The notes under the pieces: generated by a model
Told to the model about the DNA's origin: nothing
Databases searched by the model: none
The model's input: the letters and a program-made list of their open reading frames with translations, nothing else
Assembly (NCBI GenBank): GCA_040954595.2
Contig: CM082586.2
Location: forward strand, 3,578,349 to 3,642,348
Length of the DNA: 64,000 bases
Source of the DNA: Balanoglossus misakiensis
Taxonomy: Eukaryota; Animalia; Hemichordata
Direction: 5' to 3'
In this document: one piece after another, positions 1-25,645 of the stretch
How positions within the stretch are numbered: position 1 is the first letter of the stretch
Layout of the letters: each line of letters opens with the position of its first letter
Program-made: the position numbers and the translations under genes

Positions 1-192
1 GCCTACGGGCATCGTTAAGAATATGCAGTTTCAAATTTCAAAAGTATAAGATTGGACTCCGTTTGATCGCAATCTTTTCCAAAACAGGAATAGCGGCGAA
101 GGTCATAAATGACGTGACTGAAACTACCGAGAAGATCATTCTGATGCCCAAAAGAAGAAATTGGTCCTAATATATACTAGTGGCTATTTTAA

Positions 193-253
193 AACAACAA
201 CAACAACAACAACAACAACAGCAGCAGCAGCAGCAGCAGCAACAACAACAACA
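193..253. repeat. Compound trinucleotide microsatellite (CAA)n(CAG)n(CAA)n
   Basis: Directly visible run aacaacaac...agcagcagc...aacaaca; no supporting long ORF or splice context. Confidence 0.9.
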
Positions 254-1145
254 GACTGTTTTCTTTTGCATGAATTATTCAGATCATTCTTCACTGGCCT
301 TCTTGTGAAAAATCGAAGATTTCAAAACTGATTAAAGTCACACTGAATCGAATTCGGATAACTCTCGGATTTCAACGTAAATCATTCAGCAAAATCAGAA
401 CATTATATCAAATAAAAAGGTCGTTGGCCACCCAAGAGGATGGTAAATATCCCGTCAATGATTGGGGGGGGGGGAAGATAATTACTGTGTTTTTTCTATT
501 TGTGGAAACGTCTTGTCACGTCTTCGTCTGCACTATCCCACGAGATTTTATTAAAAAGTCTGTTACTAACACCCTTGATTTATATATTCATTGAAGCGGA
601 AAAAAATGTCTTTATATATTTCGGGCCTACTGCCAGTGTCTATGATATGACGCACGGAGACCCTAAAGCGTTTTTACATTGATATCCTCAACAGACGGAC
701 GTTGAAAGGAAAGTTCTTCCCTACAACTTGAGTGGACATTGTGACAATATTTTACACAACACTGGTTTTCCTATTGGTTGGAGTTGCATAAAACATCCTT
801 ATCATTGGACGGCTGAACAATTGCGTGGTCTCCTTCGTGTCTCTTATTTCCACATAGTTGCATGGAGACAAGATAAAGGGACTCGGCGGCGTGAATTTAT
901 TGCATCCATAGTTCTCAAAGGGACAAATCAACACGTGCACGAATGAAATTGAATAAAGAAAACTCTTGACCTTTAAATGAATGCTTTGGGACATCGGACT
1001 GTTTCACCAAAGTTGTGTACTGACAACAATAGGATTTTTTCTTCAATCAGAGTAAGTAAGTCATATTAGTTCCTATGACGTGTATCAAAGTTCTTATTTT
1101 GACACTCATGTCGTGACGGTGAAAGTTTTCCTTCATCTGACGTCA

Positions 1146-1886
1146 TTACCCTGTGAAGACCTTCATTTGTTTCTTAATTCGCTTTCTACACAATGGGCAG
1201 TGGGTTACCTTCCTGGCACAGTTGGAACAGAGGCAAAGATGTCGACAGGGCGACGTTACAGTGTTTCGTTCTCGCTCCATGCAAATGATGCAACAATTGG
1301 TGTCCGGTGGGTTCTCATCCTCGCCATTATCCTCCTCCTCGTCGGTGGTGGCGCCATCAGCGGCGGCCATCCCCCGCAGACAGCTCTCCAGGGCACAGAT
1401 TTTCGATCTGAGATTCTCGACTTCTCTCCAGAGTTTGGCGTTCTCCCGCTCGGTGTAGATTTTTTCCAGTTTTAACGTGACTATGACGTGGCAGTAGTTA
1501 TTCCGTTCGCGAGTGACGGATTTTCGTCTCGCGGTCTCCAGGGTAACCGACGACTCGAGCCGTAGCAGGCTATTTCTGTCCTGCTCTCTCTCCAGTAAGA
1601 GCTTGTAGTACGAAATACCCAGAGACGTGAGAGAGGTCAAAAGTATGGCTATTGACGAGTAAAGGAGGATGGTCAGGCGGGGTTCATCGACGCATCGCGG
1701 CATCACAAAGTACAGTAGAACGGCCAGAACGAACGCACACACCAGGACCAGGCACGTTTTCTTCAGCACAGAATTCCAACTGCAAGATCCCATGACCTCG
1801 CAGTCACAAGCCGGCATCTTGCCAGATTCTGCCTCGTTGTAATTTTCCGGTGTCAAGATGCAGAATTCGTGGTTTACGGTGCCCAT
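1146..1886 (-). CDS. Intronless membrane-anchored RING finger E3 ubiquitin ligase (RNF26-like; 2 TM helices, coiled coil, acidic linker, C-terminal RING)
   Basis: 246-aa ORF from ATG at 1886 (MGTVNHEF...; the ORF-track start at 1943 runs through a poly-T tract). It has two hydrophobic segments (TCLVLVCAFVLAVLLYFVM; LTILLYSSIAILLTSLTSLGISYY), a heptad-rich LLLEREQDR...LRSKICALE region and DEEEDNGEDE. It ends in CIICMERERNTVTSPCRHLCLCSNCARKVTHCPLCR-x-I-x5-VF. PCRHLCLC is typical of the RNF26/MGRN1-type RING; orthology is not established. Confidence 0.85.
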   Translation of the reverse strand: MGTVNHEFCILTPENYNEAESGKMPACDCEVMGSCSWNSVLKKTCLVLVCAFVLAVLLYFVMPRCVDEPRLTILLYSSIAILLTSLTSLGISYYKLLLEREQDRNSLLRLESSVTLETARRKSVTRERNNYCHVIVTLKLEKIYTERENAKLWREVENLRSKICALESCLRGMAAADGATTDEEEDNGEDENPPDTNCCIICMERERNTVTSPCRHLCLCSNCARKVTHCPLCRKRIKKQMKVFTG

Positions 1887-3709
1887 CGCACTACGTATGC
1901 GTCGCGGAAAATCTGTACGAAAAACGAAAAAAAAAAACAGCATATGAAAAATCGGTCAAAGATGGCTGTCGCTTCAACAGTCGAACTCTCATGGATTATA
2001 CATAGAAATTCCCACTCTCTCATAAGTTTTTTCCTTATAATGAGTGGCGATAAGCACAAAAGTAACAAAGTTGTGATTCAACGCGACATTAAAAATGTAC
2101 ATCTTTTCTGACGGTCAAAATTCTTGCTCGCATACAAAGTCAACAATCCGCGTCATGGCCAGCATCGCCGGTTATTGAACTGGTTCCAGAGAAACTTGAC
2201 GTAAACATGGACGCCCATGACGTAATAAAGAGAATAGAACGATCTGAAGGCAACGATATTCACAATGTTGTTGTACCATGTTTGCTTTAGCCCCTAAAAT
2301 AGTAGTGTTCAGAACCGTGATCTCTTCGTGTCGTGTCCAAAGGGAAGACTTAAAAGTGCGTAAGTGGGAGTGAATATCGAGTAAAGCGCAAAACACTCCC
2401 AGATAGGGAGTTTCAAGACATTGCTTGCGTACGTACCTTTCTGATAGGGCACCAAGGTTGGTGGTCTGTTAATTGGTCACGCAATGACCTGGACTCCGAC
2501 GCTGTGTTCCCCGGAGCGTTGTCCTGCACGAAACTGTGATTGAGTCGATGTGTGCCTTCCAGAGGCTGATTACTAGTATTTTGCATGAGAATTAATTAAC
2601 TGGCGGACAATCAGCAATTACATAGCGGCAATTTGCATGTTGATTGTCTTAAGATAACGTGTTGCCAGGTCACGCATCTACCGCGTCCCCTGCATGCATG
2701 ATGGATTTCGAGGTGTGAATTGTTTTCACAAATACTGAATGTACAGTTCGAATCTTGTACGGAGCCAACTCGAGGCAACTTCGCTTTAATTTTTTGTCCA
2801 AAATCGACAATTGGGAAGTAACTTTTCATTGAGAAACAATGCACCCCTCGGGGCGGGGCGACGATAGTTATTCATATACGTCGGCAAGCCATGCCGAGTG
2901 GAAAGTGGTCATGAGAGATACATGATTGACAGGGCGAGAGAAAAATTAAATGCGCGCTTACATGTATGCAAATGATGCACTCAGGAGGTGTGAGACGCGA
3001 ATAAATTATCAGTAGAACAATTAACTTCCCATTAAGCTTCTTTTGTTATGATAATTATCGGGACTGTAACGCTTGATGGCGCTCCCTGCGCGCCTCTCGA
3101 ACGACGCCTTATCCAGGCGTGGTGAAACAGTCATAGTTTGGACGTGACCGTGTGACGTTCTCCTGCCATTCAAGATAACAGAGGGGAGACATTTCATCCA
3201 ACGACCATTATGACCGATTGGTGAAAAGTTGTGGTTGTGAATGTACAAGTTTCCTTCGTCACCGCGCTGTTTGTGATCGCAACGCACCTTGTAACCAAAT
3301 ATTAATACATATAGAACTAAATTATGTTGGCCTCCATCTAGCGGAACTCGCATTCATCAACTCTCCAATGCGTCATCCGATGACGCCAGCACGAGAGCGA
3401 GAAGAAAAGGAGCGGATCTAAGATGTAAAAGGAGACGGTTGAGTCGTGCCGGAAATATCATTTTAATGCGTCCATCCATATTGTAATTCAATACAGTTCG
3501 GTGTTATTAAATTTGTTAATTAGACTAATGTAGTGTCCCTTATGTTTCCGTACCCCGGGTATTAATTGACACGAACACGTCAGCAATTACAAGTCTATCA
3601 GGCTCAGTAACAGAGAGAAATGTACATATTTTTATGTTCACATTTTACATACGTTCGTGTACGTTTGTTAATATTATGCGTACACTTCATTTTCTTGTAG
3701 ACGAACACA

Positions 3710-7758
<4,049 letters not shown>

Positions 7759-7966
7759 GATGCTCGGCGTGCCTGCTAAACCAAAACTGGCCAATCGAAC
7801 TTGATCTAAATGAGCCCCTTTCCACCACGTCGATTTGATACGTCACAAGTGTCCGTCTAGGAAACACTGGCGGTCCCCCAACAATGACGCACGAGCAGTA
7901 AAGACAAGTCTGAAAACTAGGCACCCATTACAGATTTTCTGAGAATGAGGCTTTCAATTTAAACCC

Positions 7967-7972
7967 TTTATA
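7967..7972 (-). promoter_or_regulatory. Candidate TATA box for GH9 paralogue A
   Basis: TATAAA on the minus strand about 210 bp upstream of ATG 7758; positional inference only. Confidence 0.35.
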
Positions 7973-9486
7973 ATTGTCTGATTACCATCACACCGATTGG
8001 ATTCGCGCAATCACACACTCGTGGGAAGTTTTGGTCCAGTGCGCCGCATCTCATCAACCATTATTCACAAACAACATCTTCACCAATCAATTGTCTGCGA
8101 ATTGTCTCTTCAATTGTCGTCGGATTATTGGAGACACGGTGTCAAGTCGTCCGGAGTGTCTTTTGCTTTATTGTCCACCCACACCCCGGCAATAAAGACC
8201 GTCGGCGCAAATTCGTGCAAACATTGCATTTTTCCCGGCTGGGTCGCGCTGAACTTCGATTCAAAAGGTCAAACGTTCACTTTCGTGAATAAAGAAATGA
8301 TTTTGAATGAAACTGCGAACTGGTTAATCGGGTTGCTCTGCATACTTGGCATGGAGAAGAAATTCACCAAGGTGTAATGAGGAGAGAGAAGTAGCTACAG
8401 ATCCAGACCATAATGCAAGGACCAAAAGTATTCCTTGATCATGACAAAAATGCATGGCCATTTGGGAAACTACGTCATCGGGGCCGTAAAAGTAAAATTA
8501 AAAGAGAGTGGAATTTCGTAAAAGAAACAACAGTATTTTTTTTTCTTTCTCTCGCTTTGATGCAAAAGTTCGAAATGACCGTGGAGACAACTCTTGAATA
8601 CTTTTGATTTCACAGAAAAATAATGACTATTGGTGACTCACGTGAACTTTGTTCCAGTTAAGGATGATCAACGTCCTTGCCAACCCTTTAAAATTGATAA
8701 TGTATGCATGTCTTTTGTTACGTAACCAAGGCACATGTATTATTCAATTGATTCGTAGAAACTTCAATCGAACGTGACAGAGAGAATGACCCGGTCGCGC
8801 AAAACTATGCGTCAATGAAAGTGACTGACATTTCAACAGGAACTGATGCTCGTGAGCGAAGGTGAGTTAGTCGCAATAAAGCATTTCGGCATTGCAAGCC
8901 GAAATGCGGGAAAATATGTAACATTTAGTATTCTCGTAATTTTTCGTAGTTTGCCGATCGTAATGATTGCGTTATTGTTTTTTTTTTCTGGAGTTATTCT
9001 CTGCCGTTGCGTCAATTTCAGCGCGTCGCTGTTCGCGCGATTCGGCCAATTTTCGGCCAGTCACCTGCGGTCCAACAGAACAGGTCTGTACATTATTATT
9101 ACGGCAACACACCAGGCCTGTTCACTAATGCAATGTGATTCTTGCGGTGATAAAAGCGCCTGTCGTACAACATGCCAGGTGTCATATACAAACCACTTCT
9201 GCAAAGTATGGGTATAGGCACGGTTACTGACCGTGGTATAGGTGAGGGTTTACTGGGAACGCACGTCTGTGTATCGCGCTGTTCTCCCACATCTTCGACG
9301 GACTGATGTTATTATCCCTGATCGAGATTCATTGGTACAGTGGTCGCTCACTACATATTAAGCCCTATGGCATTTTTTGCTGGAATTATTTTGCCAACAT
9401 CGATATTGATCAGTGAACCTGCATCAATGGGTTTCGGGTTTCTGATCATATACATAGATGGTAAATATCGTTATCATCAAGCGTAT

Positions 9487-9519
9487 GTGTGTGTGTGTGT
9501 GTGTGTGTGGGGGGGGGGG
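9487..9519. repeat. (GT)n microsatellite followed by poly-G
   Basis: gtgtgtgtgtgtgtgtgtgtgtgggggggggg directly visible. Confidence 0.85.
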
Positions 9520-12359
9520 TCCAAGTACATTGCATTGTGGGTAGAGCTGAACGAAGACTGGAGGCAGAGTTCATTAAAAAAACTTCCAATTGAAATTTGT
9601 CTTGACTGTACGTTAACGACCATTATTACCATTTTAATTAAAATACACCTTTATATGACCAATTAATCCCTAACGACCGGCGCGCCAAGGTCTTTTTTGT
9701 TGTTTGTCAATTAGTGACAGCGACAAAGTTTGTTTTGGGCAACACGTATCTCCCAGGCAGTCTAAGACATTCGTAGGAATGTTAAAAAAAATTACGCTAA
9801 AAAGGTAGTTCCCAATAAACGATGCCGTTACCAGTTCCCATATACCGAAACAATTCATTTTATTTCATGACCTCTTATAATATTTACACTAAGTGTGTCG
9901 CCATCAACAAAACAGCGTTACGTCCGACACTCCCCCGGCGAGAACTCTCTCGTGTATTGAAGTGAAGAATATATGCTGGTGTCTTTTTGTACAAGGAGCA
10001 ACACCAGGGTGTTGGACGTCCATTGGGGGAAATAAGAGTCCATCTGCTGTTCATGGTTGTGTCGTCTGATTGACGTTGATTGGCTCATAGTTGTGTCGTC
10101 TGATTAACTCATAGTTGTGTCGTCTGAATGATGTGGATTGGCGCAGATCCTCTCGCAAAATGGCAGTAACAACTGAAGAGGAAGAGGCTAGCAGTCAACA
10201 ATAGGATAGATCCTATTATGAACCAAAATACAGTGTAAGATATGTACATGTTGGCCGGATGCCAGTGTTGGTGACACTCTTCATACTAGCATGGTATCTC
10301 CGCAGCAGTCCACTTTACGACTTCTCAGCCCCCTTTGCGGCTTTCCGGTCCACTTTACGGCTTCCGAGTCAACCTCGACAGTTTCTGCGTAAACCCTCTC
10401 GGAAGAATCTGACGTGCAAAAGATAATGCATAATGATATACCACATCATTTATTCCCTTATATGGTCGAAATCTCGCTGGTCCTACTGACGTCATGGCAA
10501 AATTTAGCGAGCCAATTTGCTAAAAGGTTCCGCAGCTAGGTGTGAGGAACAAAAATCCGCTCATAAATATTTGCTGTCTGGGTTTGAGTATTTATTAATT
10601 AAGAAAGTGAAAGATCAGGGTGATTTACACAACTGTCAGACGACTCGTGCTACGTGTCACCTTTAACCTTACGCAATCCCACAATAGCTCACTCAAGAAG
10701 GAGATCGTCACGGTGTGTTGCTTGCAATGCAACGCTGTCGTTCCCTTTCCTCGCAGTAAAATTTCATGTGGACGGATCTGAGTCGGTCTAACCGTCTTGC
10801 GAATGGACTATCAATTATGAATCTTGTCTCGTGTGAAAGAAAGCCTTTCACATACTCGGTAATCGTCCCGGGGTAAGCGTACACTATGAGTGAATGAAGT
10901 TGGCCGGCCAATCCGATCTGTCAAATTCTTTCAGACTCACCTATCAAACTGTCAGACAGCCATGAAGACGACGAATCAGCTTCTAGAATCGGCAAACCCA
11001 AAATGACAAAGTGTTTGAAATATATCAACCTAATAAAATGGAATTAAAGATTGTTGGTAGGTAGCTGTACATACGACTGGTATTCCTTTGTTATGCGAGG
11101 CGACTGATTAAGTGTACTAAACCGTGTGTTGACCAAGGTGAAAGCTCTAGCTACTTTGCATACATCTTATTTGTTTGCGTCTGGCGTGAATACAATCCCA
11201 CTCAATATGTCTGCCGTGCTTTCTCAGCGAAACGAATTCAATGTCCAATAACACGAACCAATAAGCATTTAAAGATCACATACACATCTCCACAGTATTG
11301 ACAGATTTGACCAGTTAATTAATTTTGAGCTGCCAGCAACTTAAAAACCCGAAGCATTTAAAGTTGGGCTCGCCTTCGTTCGACATCGCTGCGCGTTGAT
11401 CAACCAGTCCAGTAAAGTCGACCGCTCAAGCCACGGACAGCTTACTAGTTTTGGATTGAAAACATCCAAACTTAGTCTTCTCACGTGACAGCCGCGTGGT
11501 TGGATACTAGAAACGCCAGGTACTCGGATGTTTAAATCTTACCTGTCAGAAAATGAGAGCACGTCTCGATGGACCGGCAAACCTGCTCGGACGCCACAAA
11601 GAAGGAAACTGTGCAGGACTATATTCATTGACCCCGTCATCGGTAGCTGGGTGAATGGATTGTTTCGCGGTGACGCAGTTCAAAAGACTTCATTTGAAGG
11701 CACTTAAAAGACACAATGCAAACTACTACTCTGCTGTCGCGTCAACCTTGGCGTGGCAGTGTGTGATTTCAAATTTCATGGTCGGCTCGAGCACTTTTGC
11801 CAAGTTTTTTAAGCAATCAAAATTAGATTCGGACATGCTGGTTGGGCCCTCGTATACCTACAAACCATTACAACCATTGCCTCGCAAGGCACTCCAAAAC
11901 CTAATCATTCAAAAACTATGTTACTTTCAATACAACAGCTTTCGACTTTCTCCACGTTGTATTGCTAAGTTTACCTAGTCACCGATTTCATTATACTTGG
12001 CAATTTGTCCACGCGCTGGATGCCTGTAATTTTATCCCCAAGTTACATATATAGGTCTACTAGTACTTAATCGCCAATTTCCAGTGAAATTAGACTATTA
12101 AGTTGCTTCCGACGATAAAACATGATAATGACTTATGAATTACACGGATTTTGGAACACGTTATCTCGTAAACGTATTTCTATTAAAACCAGGAACAGGT
12201 CGAATTGACATTCTCGTCGGAGGATGCATATTTTTTTGTAACAATGTCATTCGAAACAAGGCAAGTCTCAAGTTAGGCCAGGAGGGTATTTTCTAGCCTG
12301 ATGTGACACTTTTGGCTTTCTGAAACGAAATGTATCGTTTATTCTGTTTGTTAACAGGA

Positions 12360-15072
<2,713 letters not shown>

Positions 15073-16113
15073 CGATCACGCCGCAGAAGTGAACATGGCA
15101 CCGCCAGTCCCACCGCAAGCCTTGTACCTTAACTAATGTCTAAAATTCAGTTCAGAAAATAAGGTTGAATTGTATCATAGTAAATAAAATCTGTAGTTAC
15201 TAGAGCTGGTTTGCAGTGTAGCGGTTTTTTTCTACTTTGCTCGACCGACGCAGAAAACTAGTTTCACGGCACAGTATTTTTGCTGACACTGACAATATTA
15301 ATTCTTGCCGAAACGATCCGCGCCAATTCCTTTGCAAAGAAAGTTTAATTATATCGACATGGAAACCCCCACTGTGTCAATTCTTTCTGGATGTCCTAGA
15401 TGATACCGCGCGGAAAACCCATCAATTGAAATATTAAAAGTGGCGCTGCGTTCGTTCGTACGGTGATATGCAAATTGATATGACAGACTGATTTTTCAAT
15501 GCCAGCATGATTTCATAACTACGTCGTGAAGGCCAGTATTCCGATATACGGAAAAAAATCGGTATCCGAGCTGCAGTATGTCAAGTGGTATATCTTCTGG
15601 TAACAATAAAGTAAAACTCTTTCTTGTGACGATGTGATCTTTTGTTAACAAATGTAAAATGCTATTGCATACGAAAAACGTTGGTACAGGCTGAGGTTGT
15701 CATCCCATGTGTTATTGAAACTTTGGCTATTCCGTATACAATGGCAAGTTACTGAACAGTAATTTTTAAAATGGCTGTTTTCTACCAGGGAAAGTTAACA
15801 TGGACAGACATATGGTATTCTACACATACCGGATACTGGGAAATTCTAGGGGGCGCTTGTATGCAATAATATTTCCCTCAGTAATAACTTTGGCGGTCCT
15901 CAAAGCCTTGAGATTAGCTATGCCCGGCAACGGTTCTCGCCATAAACACACTATGACAATGTATTTCCGTTGTAACTAATTCTGCCCAGGCTCCCGAAAT
16001 TTCCTCGCATGAAATATCACACACGCCGCCCCAAATTTATTAATTTGTCATTGTTTATTAATTTTGGAATAATAACTTGAAATACCTCCGACTGCTCGGT
16101 CGTTACGAAAGGG

Positions 16114-16120
16114 TATAAAA
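16114..16120 (+). promoter_or_regulatory. TATA box of GH9 paralogue C
   Basis: GGGTATAAAAG about 100 bp upstream of ATG 16215; paralogue D has the same motif at similar spacing. Confidence 0.6.
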
Positions 16121-16214
16121 GATCTCTCTCGTTGATTAGGACCCAGTGTCGGATGCAGTATTCTGGTGTGGTGTTTCAACTTCATTGTCTTTCCTCCGAC
16201 ACTTATCAGAGCTC

Positions 16215-19404
<3,190 letters not shown>

Positions 19405-20347
19405 GACACCATCAACAACAATAACGACAACAACAACAAAATCACTGCATGACTTGCAAATAATTTTGAAACTTACGGAATTTGTATTCATAGATAAATA
19501 AACACAGATACACCACATGACAATTATGCGACACGAATTTGCATCCTTAGTATTTCACAACCTTATCCTTTGACAGAGGCTAACGTCCCTATATGCATGA
19601 TTTAATAGTTTTAGAGTAAGTTTTCAGTTTTGTTGCATTTCAGTAATTTGTGTATACCGTTAACCGGTTTTTACTTCGGTAAATCTTGCCATTATTAAAT
19701 TTCCATTGAAGCAATATTTTTCGTGTATTGTCGAGTTTATATCACACATACGACCGCACAAATATTAGTTTATGTGATTATACGTACTACGAACATTTTA
19801 TGTTTCACGCATTGTACCTCATCACATTTTGACATGGGGTTTTCAGGACTTGCTTTGTGTAAAAAATCACAAGGTTTCTCAGATGGCGCTGCGTGTTACC
19901 TGCACGTTTTTATACTGCGCAGGGAGTACCCTCAAACCATTGATTGTCATAAAACCGACTTCTGAACTTTATTTTGTGGTCAGTATAATCAAAACCGGAA
20001 ATTGAATATTCTAATATAAGGGAAAAACTCTTGGGGACTGTATTAAAACGTCATATGGTAACCATACACTCAAAATGTGTGGTGACAGGTGCGCGCACGA
20101 TATATTTAAAGATGATTAAATGCTCCTCAAAGAAATATGAGTTCACAAAGAAATGACACATATCGTCAAAAAGGACGTCATTATACACACGTTTCAGCAA
20201 AAGTTTAATTACTTTACGTAATATCAGACATATGGTAATTATTTTGAATCATTTTAGTGAACGATATTGATATGAAGTCACCAACATACTTTATTTTGGA
20301 CATGATATGTTTTTCAATTATTACCTTTTCAAATACTCGGGAAAGTG

Positions 20348-20354
20348 TATAAAA
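20348..20354 (+). promoter_or_regulatory. TATA box of GH9 paralogue D
   Basis: GTGTATAAAAG about 94 bp upstream of ATG 20442, mirroring paralogue C. Confidence 0.6.
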
Positions 20355-20441
20355 GAGAGCTCGCGGAAGTTTTAACCACAGTTTGCTTGAGTAAGCGTGT
20401 GGACGTCGCTCAAACCAAGTCTTGTGTCAGCTTGTATCAAG

Positions 20442-24060
<3,619 letters not shown>

Positions 24061-24310
24061 AGAGAAGACCATGTGCATTGCAAAAGTGACTGGTATTTTG
24101 GACATCGAACAGTACTGCCACGAATGGCATTCTGAATTCTAACAGGATGTTACTACTCACCGTGTGAAACTTATTTCTTGCATTTCATTTTGATCAACTG
24201 CGTGTTGTGGTGTTAAATTGGGCCGTTCTGTACCGCATGCAACTGCAATCAGATACATATTAAATAGATGAAATACAGTTACTACTGAATCATTGCAAAA
24301 CTGCCTTGTT

Positions 24311-24381
24311 TCATTCATTCATACACTCATACACATACATAGATACATACATAGATACATACACACATAGATACATACATG
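24311..24381. repeat. (CATT)n/(CATA)n tetranucleotide microsatellite
   Basis: tcattcattcatacactcatacacatacatagatacatac... lies between the convergent GH9-D and twitchin 3' ends. Confidence 0.75.
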
Positions 24382-24493
24382 TGGACGTGTGTTCACTGGT
24401 GTATAAAGTTTGTGTATGCTAATGCCCAGAAAAAGTTGACATGCCAAGTAAAATAACCGAATGGATGACAGAAAATGCAAAGTTTTGTTCCAC

Positions 24494-24499
24494 TTTATT
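24494..24499 (-). terminator. Candidate polyadenylation signal (AATAAA) of the twitchin-like gene
   Basis: tttatt on the plus strand at the distal end of a ~1.1 kb AT-rich stretch downstream of the stop at 25646. Confidence 0.45.
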
Positions 24500-25645
24500 A
24501 AATCAAAGCTCTTGTTAGAAAACGCTCGCGTTATTTATTGCACTACTTACACTCATTTTTAGTTTTCTTGTCCTTTCATTTTTTTTGTTCAATTTGTTTC
24601 AATGTAACTGAATATGCATTGAAGCAATTGACGTCAAATTGTGCAAAGTATAGGATCTTACATGCTTATTTTAACAGCATGTATTCGAGAGAATATCCAA
24701 AATAGTTGTTATATTATTCTATCACTGGTATTGGTTTGTTTAAAATTTAAAAAATCGAATTTGACATGTGCAAAAATATTTAATTTTAAATAATGTATAG
24801 TAGAAATGCTTCACTTTTCTTGAGAAAAAATCTAAAGGATGACTATAGCACATGCCATCATCCTAAAATCTCACGATTATACTAACTTCTGTTTCATGCC
24901 CCAAGTATCAAGGCACATGCCAACTAGTTAAGTTAATACTAAAATTGAGTTGTCTTTTTCTCATGGTTTTTCAGTAAAGTTTAAATATTAAACAAAAGTA
25001 CAAAATATGAAAGTAGTCTCATTTAAGCAATTGTTAATTTTACAATACTAGAGAAACAATCCCATGGATTTCCTACATCTAGTAGAGTAATAAAAAAATC
25101 ACCAAGGCCATGTCTGTTATCTGTAGATAAATAGGATATCAACAGATCATGACCTTGTAGCGAAAAAGTGGAGTGATATAAAAGATATTCTTTTCGTGAG
25201 AGGAACTATTCTATGTGTGAGGAAAACGGTTTCTTTGAAGTCTTCTGTGAGTGAGAAGATTGACCCTAATTCTCGAATATCTACACCTAAACTAATTAGG
25301 AATTCTTGGCTCTATGCTCGCTTACTTACAAAGATACACAGCGCGTGACATGTCTCAGAACGTTTTTCTAAATTTCAGTGTTTTTCCCCCCTCAAATTTC
25401 GTTCTGCTCTATCCTGCAAGTCCACTAGTTCAAGGCAGTAATGAAGAAATATTTTCACCAGCTCCAGTTTTATACATCACTAGCGAGAAGAGGCGACAGA
25501 AAGGTTATCAAGTGGTGCAAGTAGTATATTCGGTGTCCAGCCAATCATTGTTTATCTGTTTGCGCGCACGTGTGTTAAGTACCGAGTATCCGTGCCATGG
25601 GCGGGATGAACTACTTCGCATACGGGACATCTGAGGTCACGACCT

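Noticed and set aside
193-253. Possible polyglutamine coding tract
   Set aside because: It sits in AT-rich sequence with nearby stops and no exon context; treated as a microsatellite.
3340-3420. Short similarity to the last exon of GH9-A (CGTCATC...ATTGGAGAGTTG) with a small hairpin gcgtcatccgatgacgc
   Set aside because: Only 7+12 matching bases and the frame is not preserved; cannot be distinguished from chance or a tiny relic.
10050-10375. Short direct repeats (tcatagttgtgtcgtctga x3; gtccactttacg x2) in the A/B intergenic region
   Set aside because: Too short and irregular to assign as a regulatory array or transposon without a repeat library.
20081-20100. ~18-bp match (ggtgacaggtgcgcgc) to the reverse complement of 56891-56908
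   Set aside because: Probably the end of a common interspersed repeat; boundaries and TSDs could not be defined by eye.
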